Below, in pieces: positions 26,780-38,499 of a stretch of 63,942 bases of DNA. The stretch's first letter is position 1. Every line of letters starts with the position of its first letter. The DNA lies in NCBI GenBank assembly GCA_030324005.1, contig JARDVH010000132.1:118533600-118597541 (forward strand), written 5' to 3'. This stretch comes from Negaprion brevirostris. Taxonomy: Eukaryota. The notes beneath the pieces are model-generated. The model was not told where the DNA came from and made no database searches. It worked only from the letters and a program-made list of their open reading frames with translations. A program made the position numbers and the translations under genes.

Positions 26780-26785
26780 GAAAAT

Positions 26786-26805
26786 TTGGGACTTGAGTCC
26801 GGGAT
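26786..26805 (+). promoter_or_regulatory. Degenerate primer-binding site, tRNA-Pro type
   Basis: TTGGGACTTGAGTCCGGGAT versus the canonical TGGGGGCTCGTCCGGGAT, immediately after the 5' LTR. Confidence 0.65.
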
Positions 26806-26929
26806 CCTAAAAAACTTAATTCCTTGGAGAATTTTGACATTTTAAATATAACGAGAGTGAGGACCATGTGGAACTAAGTGAGAACATGTTGTTTAAAGAA
26901 AGAAAGCTGTCCAAAATAGTGGTTCTTGA

Positions 26930-28200
26930 TCTAGCTCGATCTTACCTGGAAGTAGACAATATAACTTTAATAAGTTTGAAAAGTGTGCCTAAAACTAAAT
27001 TGATGGAATTGGCAGATACATTGGAAGCAGTCAGCTCCAGGGGATAAGAAGGTTGAGATCATTGGAAGCATAGCAATGCACTTAAATACATGAGAGGGGT
27101 TAGCCAGACCCACTGGTTTGAGAAGTGAGGAACTTTAATTAGCTAGGCTTCAAATACAAAGAGACATAGATATTAAGAAGTTAGAGATGCAGAAAAAAGA
27201 GGGAAAGAGAGGAAAGGGAAAAGGAGAAAGCTTTCCAACAGGAATGAAAGAAAGAAGTTTAAAAGGGAAATGTAAGAAGCCATAAGGAAAGAAAGGGACA
27301 AAGAGAGAGAGAGACTTCCAACTTCACAAACAGACAGCAGAAACAGAAAGGTTAGAGCAGACTGTTGAATAAGGTGGTTCTAGATGGGAAAATATAGGGG
27401 AGACGTTCAGACAAGCTCTCCCAAAATTTGATGAAAGGGATATCGAGACGTTTTTTGTGCTTTTGAGAAAATGGGTAAACAAATGAAATGGCCATAAGAC
27501 ATTTGGACCCTCCTCGTACAGACTGAACATGTAGATAAATACGGCTAGTGAAGTCTGTGCATCCCTGTCAGAAGAAAGATCTGGGGATTATGAGAAAATG
27601 AAGAGAGCTTGAGAGCTAGTACAGGAGGCTCACAGATTAATGTTTTGAGCTGTAAGAAAACAGGCTGGTTAGACTTTCATGGAATTCGAAAGGGTTAAAT
27701 AAACTCATTTTGATAGGCAGGTGTGAGCAATAAAAATAGAAGATAATTTTGTTGAGGGAATTTAAAGGTTCATTGCCTGGAATGATTAGAACTCATGTTG
27801 AGGAACAGTAAGTTAAAACTTCCAGACAAGCCACCGAGCTTGAGGACAACTATGAGTTGGTTCATAGACCCCAAAAACTTTCTTTAGACTCACTTTTAAA
27901 TTAGAGAAAGCTAGAAACTGGGAAAGTGAGAGAGAGGACAGGTCAGCAAGAGAAGGAGTGGTCGGAAACTTGAAGGTGACTTCACCCGAAAATAAACCAG
28001 TCTTTCAGAAGGTGAGAGCTGTGTAAAGGGTTAGTTGCTTTCACCGTAATAAACTGGGACTCACAAAGTCATTATGCTGGAGATTAAATGGTTGGACAGT
28101 TGGGATTATTAACCTTAAACAGAAAAAAGTGAACTTTGACACTGGAGAACACAAAAAGCTAGTCATATTGGTACACCAAGAGAAAGAGTTGACAACTACA
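26930..28200 (+). pseudogene. Gag relic with SCAN-like capsid region and zinc-knuckle relic
   Basis: LPKFDERDIETFF, WTLLVQT, EFKGSLP.MIRTHVEEQ, DNYELVH, CFHRNKLGLTKSLCW. Confidence 0.7.
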
Positions 28201-28262
28201 GAAAGAAATGTGTGCACAACTTGTTGAGGGGCTAGCAGGTGGCAGATGTGCTTAAAGATTTA

Positions 28263-29260
28263 GGTCGTGATTTTACTGCTCACTGTGCCAGTTGGTCGGT
28301 GGTGAGCCAGTAGGATTGTGTGAGGGGCCAAAAATCCAGTTCACATCAGGTATGAACTGGTTTGGTCCCACAAGCAATCCTCCCAGCTGTATTTTGATAG
28401 TGATATTTGCATGGATTGAATATTTTTCAATCCCTTTACTGTGTCCTGCATGGCATCTTCTGGCCTCTGGAATCTTCCCTTGCCGGCAAGAATCACTACT
28501 GGTCTGAACCAGCGGAGAACATGTGCCATGAAACCCTAGGGGATGGGAGACTATTGAAACTCCTGTGTAGTTGGAAGCATGGCCGGACAGTGTCTGTTGT
28601 GCCTGCAAGCCAGGCACTGCCACCGAGCACCTATAAGTGCTCAATTGGGCTCCATAAGTATGCCAGGACAGTGCCAGGTACGTGTGACCTAAATAGATGT
28701 GGGGCCTGAGTGGGGGTTGGGCTATGACAGGAGGTGGGGGTGAGGGTGTGGTGTGCATGACAGGGGGCTTATATGAGGAAGAGGATCTCTGCAAAGGGAG
28801 GGTCTTCAAGGATGGGGGCTATGCGCAGAGGAGGGCTGTGCTTGGGGTGGGCTATGCAAGTGGGATGCTCTGCAAGGGCAGCACCTAAAGGGAGGGAGCA
28901 TCTGGGGAGGTACGTAGAGGTTTGCCAGGGGACTCCTCAAGAGAGTATTGATGCACCGATGCTGGCGACCTGTGTTGGTATGGGGGAAAGTATGCCACCA
29001 ATAATACTGTGGGAGGAGGCATGGAGGATTTGGGAGGAGCTCTTCCAGTTCTCCTAGAGATCGGGACGCCTTGCACAATGGCAGCCCTAGCAGCATGAAG
29101 TGGCTTCACTAGTGAACTAAGGTTCTGCCTTCTCTCCTGATGTGAATCAATCACCCTGTCAGAAAAAGTGAGTGTGGGAAGATTTCAGTGCCAAACCTGC
29201 CCAAAAAATGGTATGGAACACTCTCATTTTCAGACTTTTATGACAGTTAGAATTTTTTGG
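28263..29260 (-). mobile_element. Harbinger-like insertion inside the LTR element (possible Myb relic)
   Basis: GC-richer block starting GGTCGTGATTTTAC that interrupts the gag-protease region. Confidence 0.5.
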
Positions 29261-29369
29261 AGACAATTGTCCCCTTTGTGTGCAATGGTAAAGTATTCCT
29301 ATGTGGACAGGATAGAATGGACAAGGTATTAAAGATATTGTGAGATACGTTGTTGACCAGAAAGGATAT

Positions 29370-29510
29370 TGAAGGAAAAGATCTAACAGCATCTTTAGAG
29401 AGGAAATAGAGCTAATGTTTTGAATCTGGAGACCTTTTGTCAGGCCTGCTGACATTTTCCAGTATTTTCTGTTTTTGTTTCAGATTCCAGCTTCCGCAGT
29501 GATTTGCTTT
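29370..29510 (-). mobile_element. Older copy of the palindromic Penelope-derived element (other partial copies at about 14040-14100, 38325-38430 and 55840-55922)
   Basis: Shares TTCCAG(C/T)ATTTTCTGTTT...CAGATTCCAGC; reverse complement CTGACAAAAGGTC...GATTCAAAACATT is a CpG-decayed hammerhead core. Confidence 0.65.
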
Positions 29511-29866
29511 GAAGGAAAATGTTCCTTTCAGTAGTATCCATGTGGAAATGAAAGAAAATCCCTTAGTAAAAACAAGGTTGAAGATTAGCTTGAAGATGGG
29601 GGGCAGTAGTGGCTGACATGTAGAAACTTGGTCCGTTGCAGGCATTCAATTCATTCTACTCAATGATATAGCAGCTGATAGAGGATCCAGTCACAGAGAA
29701 ATTGCAAACTGACTTTCCTGGGGTTTTTCCAATTTGCGTATTGACGTGATCACAGACTCATAAGCTAAGACAAAAGAGGAAGGAGTTACAAGCCCAGGGT
29801 GAGACCAGTGAGGTCAGGTTATTTGATGCCATCTTTAGCCAGCTAAATGGGAATGAGACAGACTCA

Positions 29867-30760
29867 GGGCCCGATTTTACTATCACGTTGCGCCCATTTT
29901 TGGGCACGAAAACTTGGTAAAGTTGGGTGTGAGACGAGTAGTGTGATCCGCACATGCCTCCACGCCCGTTCCCCTTTTACCAATCGCCAAAAATGGCTGC
30001 CAGCTGGACCGCGCCCGAAACAGGCATAAGGTCAATTTAAATGTATTTGCATGCATTTAAATTGACTTAATAGACTTGACACGCAAACTTATCAGCACTA
30101 CCGCTTCACTACCGCGTTTATACGGCCAGATTCGGCACAAAACAGACATGGTCCACAAAGGTCAGATTCAGGCACTCCAGCTTCTGAGGAGGTGAGTTCA
30201 GAGCTTCTGGCAGCTCTCTGACTCAGATCGGCGGTGATGGTGGCGGTGGTGGTGGTGGTGGGAGGTGGAGGCGGGGGGGGGGGGGGGGGGNNNNNNNNNN
30301 NNNNNNNNNNNNNNNNNNNNNNNNNNNNNNNNNNNNNNNNNNNNNNNNNNNNNNNNNNNNNNNNNNNNNNNNNNNNNNNNNNNNNNNNNNNNNNNNNNNN
30401 NNNNNNNNNNNNNNNNNNNNNNNNNNNNNNNNNNNNNNNNNNNNNNNNNNNNNNNNNNNNNNNNNNNNNNNNNNNNNNNNNNNNNNNNNNNNNNNNNNNN
30501 NNNNNNNNNNNNNNNNNNNNNNNNNNNNNNNNNNNNNNNNNNNNNNNNNNNNNNNNNNNNNNNNNNNNNNNNNNNNNNNNNNNNNNNNNNNNNNNNNNNN
30601 NNNNNNNNNNNNNNNNNNNNNCTTGTGTAGCGTGGTTCAGAATCGCTGATTTTTTTTTCAGGCATATGCGTATGGGGGCGCCGGAGAAGGGGTCTAAAAG
30701 TCAGATTTAAAACGCTCCCAGATTCAAGTCCACCCGGCATTTAGAATCAAAATTGGGCTC
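29867..30760. mobile_element. Young Harbinger-type MITE with 3-bp TSD (TCA)
   Basis: TCA|GGGCCCGATTTT ... AAAATTGGGCTC|TCA (10/12 TIR match); CpG-rich, so recent. Confidence 0.85.
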
Positions 30761-30949
30761 TCAGAGAACAAGTCCGATGTGGTTCAATTCAAAGAGGTTG
30801 ATTGAATTACAACAGAGTGACTCAAAACTAAAGTAATTCTCAGACCATGTGCCCTGCATTGGAAGCTCAATGCATTCCCGAGTATTACTATGGACGGAAG
30901 AACGTATTAAGAAAAAATGACGATCACCACATGTTAGTGCAAAGGACAA

Positions 30950-31715
30950 ATGGGCAGAAGTATTCAAAATTGTTTTACCTTCCGAGTATAGGAAAAAGAT
31001 TCTGAGGATAGCTCATGAAATTTCATTAAGGAGACACCATGGAATAAAAAAACCCAGTACAAGTTCTAAAGACAGTTTTATTGGCCTGCACTACCCAAAG
31101 ATGTAATCACATTTAGTTGAACCTGTCACTCTGATAGGTAATAGGGAAACTGCAAGTGGTAATCAAACCAATGACACCTTTGATTCTGATCCCAACGTTT
31201 GATAAAGGTCCTAGTTGACTGTGTCGGGCTGTCAAGCGAAGTGGGAATCAATATTTGCTAACTATCATGGATATATCCGCGCAAAACTTTGAAGGCATAT
31301 CTTTTAGAATCATTACAGCTAGGAGAGTAGTAGAGGAGTTAATCAAGTTATTTACTAGATATGGCTTTTCAAACGAGATACAGTCAGACCATAGGTCAAA
31401 TTTTGTGTCAGGGCTATTCAAAGAGGTCAAAACTAGCCTGGAGACCAATCTGTACAAATCATCAGGTTATCATCCAGAGTCCCAGGGAGCACTAGAAAGG
31501 TAGCACCAGACTTTGAAAACCATGATGAAAGCTTATAGCCAAGAATACTCTCATGAGTGGGACAAAGAGATTCCATTTTTATTATTTGCAATTAGAAATG
31601 CACTAAATGAGTGCGCCAAATTTAGTCATTTTGAATTGGTCCATGGGCATGAGGTCAGAGGACCATCGAAATTAATGTGTGAAAAGTTACTAACTATGAA
31701 ACTTCTTCAGTGTTA
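30950..31715 (+). pseudogene. Retrotransposon integrase relic (HHCC plus DDE core)
   Basis: AHEISLRRHHGIKK, LTIMD, IQSDHRSNF, SSGYHPESQGALER, WDKEIPFLLFAIR, FSHFELVHGHEVRGP. Confidence 0.9.
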
Positions 31716-31883
31716 ATGTAAACCTAATTGTGACAATGAATAAAATTTTAAAAAATCTCAAATTTCAGAGAACAATTGAATGGGGAATGTGAGGTGACAA
31801 GAAAACATTTAAGGACAGCCCATTGGGCTGATTGGGACGTCCAAACTCATAGTTTTGCAATAGGAGAGAGAAGTCCGGGTAAG

Positions 31884-32135
31884 TCGTGGGGGTTACAGAT
31901 AGTGTGACGTGTACACAAGATCCCAGTTAAGGCCGTCCTCATGTGTGCGGAACTTGGCTATCAATCTCTGCTCAGTGACTCTGTGTGTCGTGAAGCCTGT
32001 CTTGGAGAATGCTTACCTGAAGATCAGAGGCCGAAGGCCTGTGACCACTGAAGTGTTCCCCAACAGGAAGAGAAGAGTCTTGCCTGGTGATTGTTGAGCG
32101 GCGTTCATTTATCCATTGTCGTAGCGTCTGCATGG
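31884..32135 (-). mobile_element. Penelope-like element fragment, C-terminal GIY-YIG endonuclease
   Basis: Minus strand MQTLRQWINERRSTITRQDSSLPVGEHFSGHRPSASDLQVSILQ, a Penelope GIY-YIG signature (R..EH, PV..HF). Confidence 0.8.
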
Positions 32136-32149
32136 ACATGAGCGGATTT

Positions 32150-32670
32150 CACTTCATGTTTGTGCCAAACTTTAGCAGTGCAGTGGTACCACTCAGAGCT
32201 CTTAAAGAAAAAAAAGCACTTTAACTGGATGAAAGACTGTCAAACAGCATTCAACCATTTAAAAACTATGTTGACGACAAACCCAATGTTAGCAGTACCC
32301 AGTTACAACACCTAGTTTAAAATGGCAGTGGATGCTAGCAACATTGGTGTAGGAGTGGTGTTACTGTAACAAGACAAACCTGGCCTTGAGAAGCTAGTGG
32401 AATATTTCTCAAGGAAATTAAACTGTTGCCAACAGTAATATTTGACCATTGGAAAAAGACATTAAGCCTGTAACTGACGTTGCAACATTCAAGATTTATG
32501 TTGCCAGCAGAGAAAATTATATATATGACCATGATTGTTTGAAATTTCTAGAGAAGGTTTGAGATCGGAACACCCAGTTATTCTTATGGAGTTTGCTATT
32601 GCAACCATTTAACTTAAAAATCTTTCATGTGGCCGAGAGAGAAAACGTCATTGTGGATGCTTTATGATCA
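32150..32670 (+). pseudogene. RT connection / RNase H relic
   Basis: FVPNFSSAVVPL, FNWMKDCQTAFNHLK, FKMAVDASNIGVGVVLL, WSLLLQPFNLKIFHVAERENVIVDAL. Confidence 0.85.
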
Positions 32671-32839
32671 GTATAAAAGAAACTTTTGGGAACAGTGGAA
32701 GTGAATTAACTGGGATATCTTCAATGTTAAGGAATGCTCGTGACTTTTGTAATGTCTAATAAGATAGAACTAATAAAAAAAGGGTTGAGAAATGAAATGT
32801 CTTTCAAATTAAATCATTTTATTTTTAAAAAAGTGGATA

Positions 32840-33842
32840 TGTCTACTAACAACAGCAGTAGCCAGAATTCAAAAAAATTCCGCGGATGTGATTTCCTCAA
32901 CAATGAGATTAGCAGACATCTAGACAAAACCAAGTATAAGTTGCCATATGAGTAGGAAACAGCTTACCTGGATGACTCAGAGATTATTGGATGCATACAC
33001 ATGCTAATTTCTCGAGTCCAGGAATTTGAAAGATGCAGATAGACAAATACACAGAATGACGAATCAAAGAGGAAAGATGGTATAATTGCAGGCACCCTAA
33101 GAAGCAGCCACAAAAACAGAAAATGCTGGAAAACCTGGTCCAGTTCTGGCGAAGGGTCATCTGGACTCGAAACGTTGGATCTATTCTCTCCCCACAGATG
33201 CTATCAGACCTGCTGAGATTTTCCAGCATTTTCTGTTTGTGGATCAGATTCTAGCATCTGCAGTATTTTGCTTTTAAGAAGCAGGCATACTAGTTTACAT
33301 CCAGCAGCTCAGAGGCCAGTTTACATCTAGCAGTCAAGAAGCCAGTTCACAATTCACAGTCAGGAGGTTAAGCCTGCACCTAAGTCTTAGACCAAGTCAG
33401 TTCAGAAATCTTCATAACGGCAGTTTAAATATCTTCGCTGGACTAATACATTTTCCCAGACTTGATCCTCAGCTGTGTTGTGTGGTAACTGTAAGTTGGA
33501 TTAGATCTATTTAATTTGGATGTTGTTTGAGAAGGTGGAAGTCTTAAGGAGCCTCAGAGATTGTAAATATATTTGGAACAAGGGGTAATTGCTACATAAG
33601 TTTTTGTTTAGTAATTTGTATACTTAATTGCCTTAGAGTATTGTAGTCCTGTTCATGTATTTGTCCTTTATTTAATTGAATAAATAGTCCTTCATAATTG
33701 TTGCATGATGACTGGATTGGTTATTCACATTGGGATTACATGTGATTCCTCACACCATTCCAAAAACAAAACCATACACCACCACGAACCAGTGTTTCAA
33801 GTTGGGACACCCTCGCAGATAACATTAGCATATCTTGTGACA
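32840..33842 (+). repeat. 3' LTR containing a 167-bp Penelope-derived insertion
   Basis: Starts TGTCT after a purine tract, ends TGTGACA; collinear with the 5' LTR. Confidence 0.8.
33108..33274 (+). mobile_element. Short palindromic Penelope-derived element with hammerhead-ribozyme relic and 10-bp TSD
   Basis: TSD TAAGAAGCAG at 33098-33107 and 33275-33284; perfect 20-bp inverted repeat 33114-33133 / 33219-33238; CTGGCGAAGGGTC-ATCTG-GACTCGAAACGTT. Confidence 0.8.
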
Positions 33843-35140
33843 TAGCTCTCCAGATAGTTCGTTTTGACAGTTCCAATTAGTTTTTGCTTTTTCACACATG
33901 TCTACTTTTAACAATCTTAGAGGGCAACTTACCCCTCCTAGGGGTAAAGAGGGAGGGGGGACCCACTTCACACTCTGCACTAGGGATTGGTGGGGCAAGA
34001 GAGAGGGACAATTGGGTCTCTGCGGTAGTTGGGGAAGGTGCTTTGTGGAGGCCATGGAGACTGGCTGAGAGCAGCAGAGTCTCTGCTGCTAAAGACCTGC
34101 ACATGCACAAAGGCACCTTCTGCTGCTATTAGGCCAGCATGACTTAAGCCCCATCTTCCCCCTCCACAGGCAAGAAACCATTTCTATTCTTTTGTCATGC
34201 ATTGAGTGCCCAACATCACAGATTTGAACTTGCTCAAAGAACAGATCTAAAACTCTCCTATTTTCATGCCTATCCTGGACTTCAAATTTTTTTGCTAAGA
34301 TCGCCCCCATTGTCTTTGGTCAGCCTGTTATCTCTACTCTGTCTATAGCACTGTTGACAATGCTTAATTTTGTTTTGTGCATTAGCCCATGTTTTCAAAT
34401 GAATTTGATAATGCACACTTTCATGTCTTAGCACTAGTTCTTGCATGTTTTATGTCTGAGATATTTATATCTGGTTCACACACTTTTGGTTAGGCATTCT
34501 AAAATTATTCTGTAATCCAGAAAATTCCCAAATCCAGAAATGCTTTATTCCAAGGATTCTGGACTGCAGAGGTTATTTTCTAAATCTCAGAAGAACTGTA
34601 TTTACAAATAAATTAAAAGTGGATAGACAAAGAACTACTGAAGTTTAAACATAAAACTTAGGAAATTGCTATAATGAATAGGTTCTCTTTTGTAATGTGC
34701 AAATCTTTAATTTGAAGTTTGGTAAAACAGATTTTTGGATGTTAAAGAAACAACTTGAATGAGTTTCATTGCATGACAGCTTAATGGTTTGCATCAATAA
34801 ATTGCATGCATAATTCATGTGTAATTCAATTCATTGATGAATTTGAGAGGCAGTTTCTCTCTGCTATTTAATGGAGCTCATCTGAACAATAGTCAGTTTT
34901 GAGAATTTTCAGTGACGAGGTGAAACAGCCTGAATTGGCTGCTCGAATTTTCATCCTCATAGACTGCAAAAGTTGATCTATTTTGGACACACACCATCAC
35001 CTAGTGGACAAAATTAAAAAGACAAAAGATAGACCACAGGAGTGTTTTCGATAACTCAGCATTTAGTATGGAGAAATATATCACACACTGCCATACCAGC
35101 AATGCATCAGTATAATACAATCACATTGATTGCTTCTTAA

Positions 35141-35154
35141 CCAGCAGATGGCAG
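35141..35154 (+). promoter_or_regulatory. CTCF-like motif
   Basis: CCAGCAGATGGCAG fits the CCASYAGRKGGCRS core consensus; lies in repeat-free intronic DNA. Confidence 0.45.
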
Positions 35155-36936
35155 AATTGATCTGCCATAGTTGGGCTAATTGTCATCCCCACAATGAATA
35201 TAAACGAGCACCTACATGAAATGCAGATACTTGAGGCATAATTCATTACTTTTCTATCAGTTATACAGTAATTATTCAAAATGTAAAGGATGGGGAAGGG
35301 TCATATTTAAGCACCAAATTGTCTTTATGTATGATCCTGATTTCTGCGTAAAAAAGGGATGTAGTCCTTTCAGTCAGTGAAGCTGCAGTGTCAGATGGAA
35401 AGGGGAAATCAGGCAAACCAGTCCTTAGGCACTTGGATGATTTAAAAAAGACATAGTGTAGATTTTCCAAGCTCGCGCTCTGGCAAATGTGCCTGTTTCA
35501 CTGTAAGTGCAATTTGTAANNNNNNNNNNNNNNNNNNNNNNNNNNNNNNNNNNNNNNNNNNNNNNNNNNNNNNNNNNNNNNNNNNNNNNNNNNNNNNNNN
35601 NNNNNNNNNNNNNNNNNNNCCCATACAAATTCCATATCATAATTTTCTGATCATGCTAGATAGACTAGGTGCCTCGATATGAGAGAAGCCACCAAAAGTC
35701 AACCATATTAGGATGTTTATAAAACTAGTTTGTAATTCCAAAGTTGTGTTTGGGAGAGCAGTGCTTAATTTGGCTGTGCTTTGGAGCTAATGAAATTAAA
35801 ATAATCTATGTAGTTTGATGCAGTAAATAAGAATCATTGATCCTTCTTCAGCTTTACATATTTGAGTATGATTTCAACATGAAAATCTGTCATTGTCTCA
35901 TATAAATACAGAGGCACAAAAACATAAGTACAGTGAGATGTCATTTATCTGAACAGTTTCAGAAACAGTCCCAATTACATAAGTGAGCCATTCAGTTTAA
36001 TGATCTATATTAAATCAAGGGTAATACTGTAACTCAGGATAAAACTTGATATCTAGTATCATGATACTGTTAAACAATATGAATTACTGGGAGGTATTCC
36101 ACATTGTATAATGGCATCACCTCCAAGCATTAGCCTATCACCAAATTTCTGTGCAGCTTATTAATGAGCGCTAGCTACAATTCCAGTGATACCCAGTCTC
36201 TTAATCATCATCCAGAAAGCATTGCTACAGCAAGCTTCAACTCCTTTTTCCAAGATGGTATTTTGCACTAAATGTTGGCTAAACCTATATGCCGTTTCAT
36301 TCTCCATTTTGTAGGTTCTTCAGTGCCTAAGGGAAAAAAAGTACCACTACGTTTGTTCCCAATATGAATTGTCCACACTCTTGCTATCTGGATACGTTCT
36401 ACTTGTCTGAGTCCAGCAAACAAAGACAAATATTGACAGAACCAAGGCTTCAGAGATCCATCAAGTGTGTGCAGGAACACTATTGGAGTATAATCAGTTG
36501 ATAATGTTGCTGCCTTTTCCAGTTCATTCATTATTCATGTGCTCTCTGTCCAAAGGGAAGTTCTTGGCTTATTGTCTATTGATACTTCATTCTGTCCTAT
36601 TTTCTTGGCATTTTTGTTGGTGGTGGTTTGTCATTGCCTTCCATTCTCAGGGCCAGGAGACAGGTCCCAAATTTGCCTCAATTGGAATGTGAATCAAACC
36701 CATGCTTTTGGCACTATCCTGAACAACATGCTAGCCATCTAGCTAACCAAATAAACTGGCCTCCCTCTTTTCCAGTTAGAACCCCTTATCCATTGAAGGC
36801 TTGTCTTTCAAGGTTTTCATGGGCCAACTCAGTGTTGGCAGATCTGCTTCTTCAGCATCATTGAGTCACATCAGATGGTCAATTATTAATAGTATTTTTG
36901 TACTCAGGACCTACTTGGTTCAAATATGAGACTGTG

Positions 36937-37056
36937 GCCATAATTTTACCAAAATGCCAGCCCCAATTCCGGGGGCTCGGCTCGGAGAACAGCATTCTCC
37001 ATTGGTCTCGGGTGGGATGTGCGAAACTTGGGTGGACGTGCGGTAAAATTCCGCCC
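36937..37056. mobile_element. Short Harbinger-type MITE
   Basis: Imperfect TIRs GGCCATAATTTTACC / GGTAAAATTCCGCCC; CpG-rich. Confidence 0.6.
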
Positions 37057-37906
37057 TATGTCTTATACAGAAGTTTATCTAGATTCCAAGCTTTTGTTCT
37101 TGCGTCTATAAGTAGGCTTAAGCCTTTTGAAAGAAAGAAGAAAAAATTTCATTGCACTTATTTTGTACCATTCATGACTTCATGGCATCCAAGTGCTTCA
37201 CAAATATTAAAATACTTTTTTTTATGGATGTGGTCACTGTTGTAATGTAGAGCATCACGCTAATGAGGAGACAAAATTCTCAACTCCCTGTCTCAGATAT
37301 CTGAAGCAACCTTCACTGTGACCCCCGATAGGGTATGGCAACAGGCCAAAGATAGATGAGTAAGGATGTCATAATTTCTATATCACTCCAAACATTTTGT
37401 CATAGTCAGACTTTCTCAGACACTAATCTGTCTATTAGTGTTCAGAATTGGTTTTGATCTTGGATGAATAACATATAGCTGCCACTTCATAAGCATAGAA
37501 TTACCAATCTCTCTTAATGGCACTATATCCAGGCAAGAAGCAGCTTGGTGTCACATGTGTCCCCATATCACATTAAGAGCTGAAAAAGAAAGTTCTGTTG
37601 TTCCTGGGCTTGGGCCAGGGTGGAATACTGGATAACAAAAAGTCAAGCAGGAAAATAATCTACTTAATCTTCTTTCCATTAATTAAATGGATGCAAAATT
37701 CAGCATGCGTATTTATAGGTGTATAGTTTTGTCCCAATGATTTTCCTGTGATCTCTGCCGAGATGATCCAATATGCCTAGGTACAAGATCCAGATTTCAG
37801 TTTGTTGTCAAAAACATCTCTGATCTTAAGTAGTGTTTTCATCTTTTAATTAATTGTTTGGCTTTTAAGCAAACTAAAAGTCTTTTGTATTCTTACAAAT
37901 GTCTAG

Positions 37907-38009
37907 ATTTGCTGAAGCATCACTCCCCTCCTCCAAGGAAGTCACCCCCAGTTCCCTGCTCGCAACCAGAATGGTTTGTGCATGCACCATCAACTTCGAA
38001 GAACAAGGA
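37907..38009 (+). CDS. C7orf57: C7orf57 orthologue, coding exon B (103 nt, phase 1 to phase 2)
   Basis: gtctAG|ATTTG...AAGGA|GTAAGT; in frame with exon A: DLLKHHSPPPRKSPPVPCSQPEWFVHAPSTSKNK (human recalled as [26 protein letters not shown]). Confidence 0.9.
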
Positions 38010-38499
38010 GTAAGTACAAGTGTTTTCCTGTGTACAATCTTTGCTTTGAATTTGGAGAAATATGTAAGTTCAGAAACATCTTTGGCCTAATTTAGTTGAA
38101 AAAAGAATCTAATATTTGGATAAATATGTGTTAATATTATTGCTTTGTTTCAGATGACTGTGTGAAAAAGTACATTTAATAAATGCACCTTCAGGTATAT
38201 GACAGCTTAAGGGATGAATTATTCTGAGTTGCTTTTGAGACAATTAGCAAGGTTGTCCATTTATTTTTTTTGTTGGAAAATAGTGTGTAGAGGGGAATCT
38301 CAAAGAAGGACAATTAACAGCTAAAAATGAAAATTACTTGTTGAAAATGTGAAATTTAAACCAGAAAATGCTGGGAATATGCAGCAGGTGTATTAGCATT
38401 GTAAAGAAAATGCCAATTTAATTATTCTAGGAGAGATGTTTATATGGGTGAAAGCAAGAGCTGCAAAGTAGATGAGCAAACTGACAATGGCATCATGGT

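Larger units (their letters stand above)
26012..33842 (+). mobile_element. Gmr1-type Ty3/Gypsy LTR retrotransposon, decayed provirus
   Basis: Homologous LTRs at 26012-26779 and 32840-33842 (TG...CA); SCAN-like Gag, CCHC relic, integrase and then RT-connection/RNase H in that order. Confidence 0.85.

Noticed and set aside
35276-35470. 64-aa minus-strand ORF in the unique region
   Set aside because: Non-ATG start, no recognisable homology and no convincing splice signals
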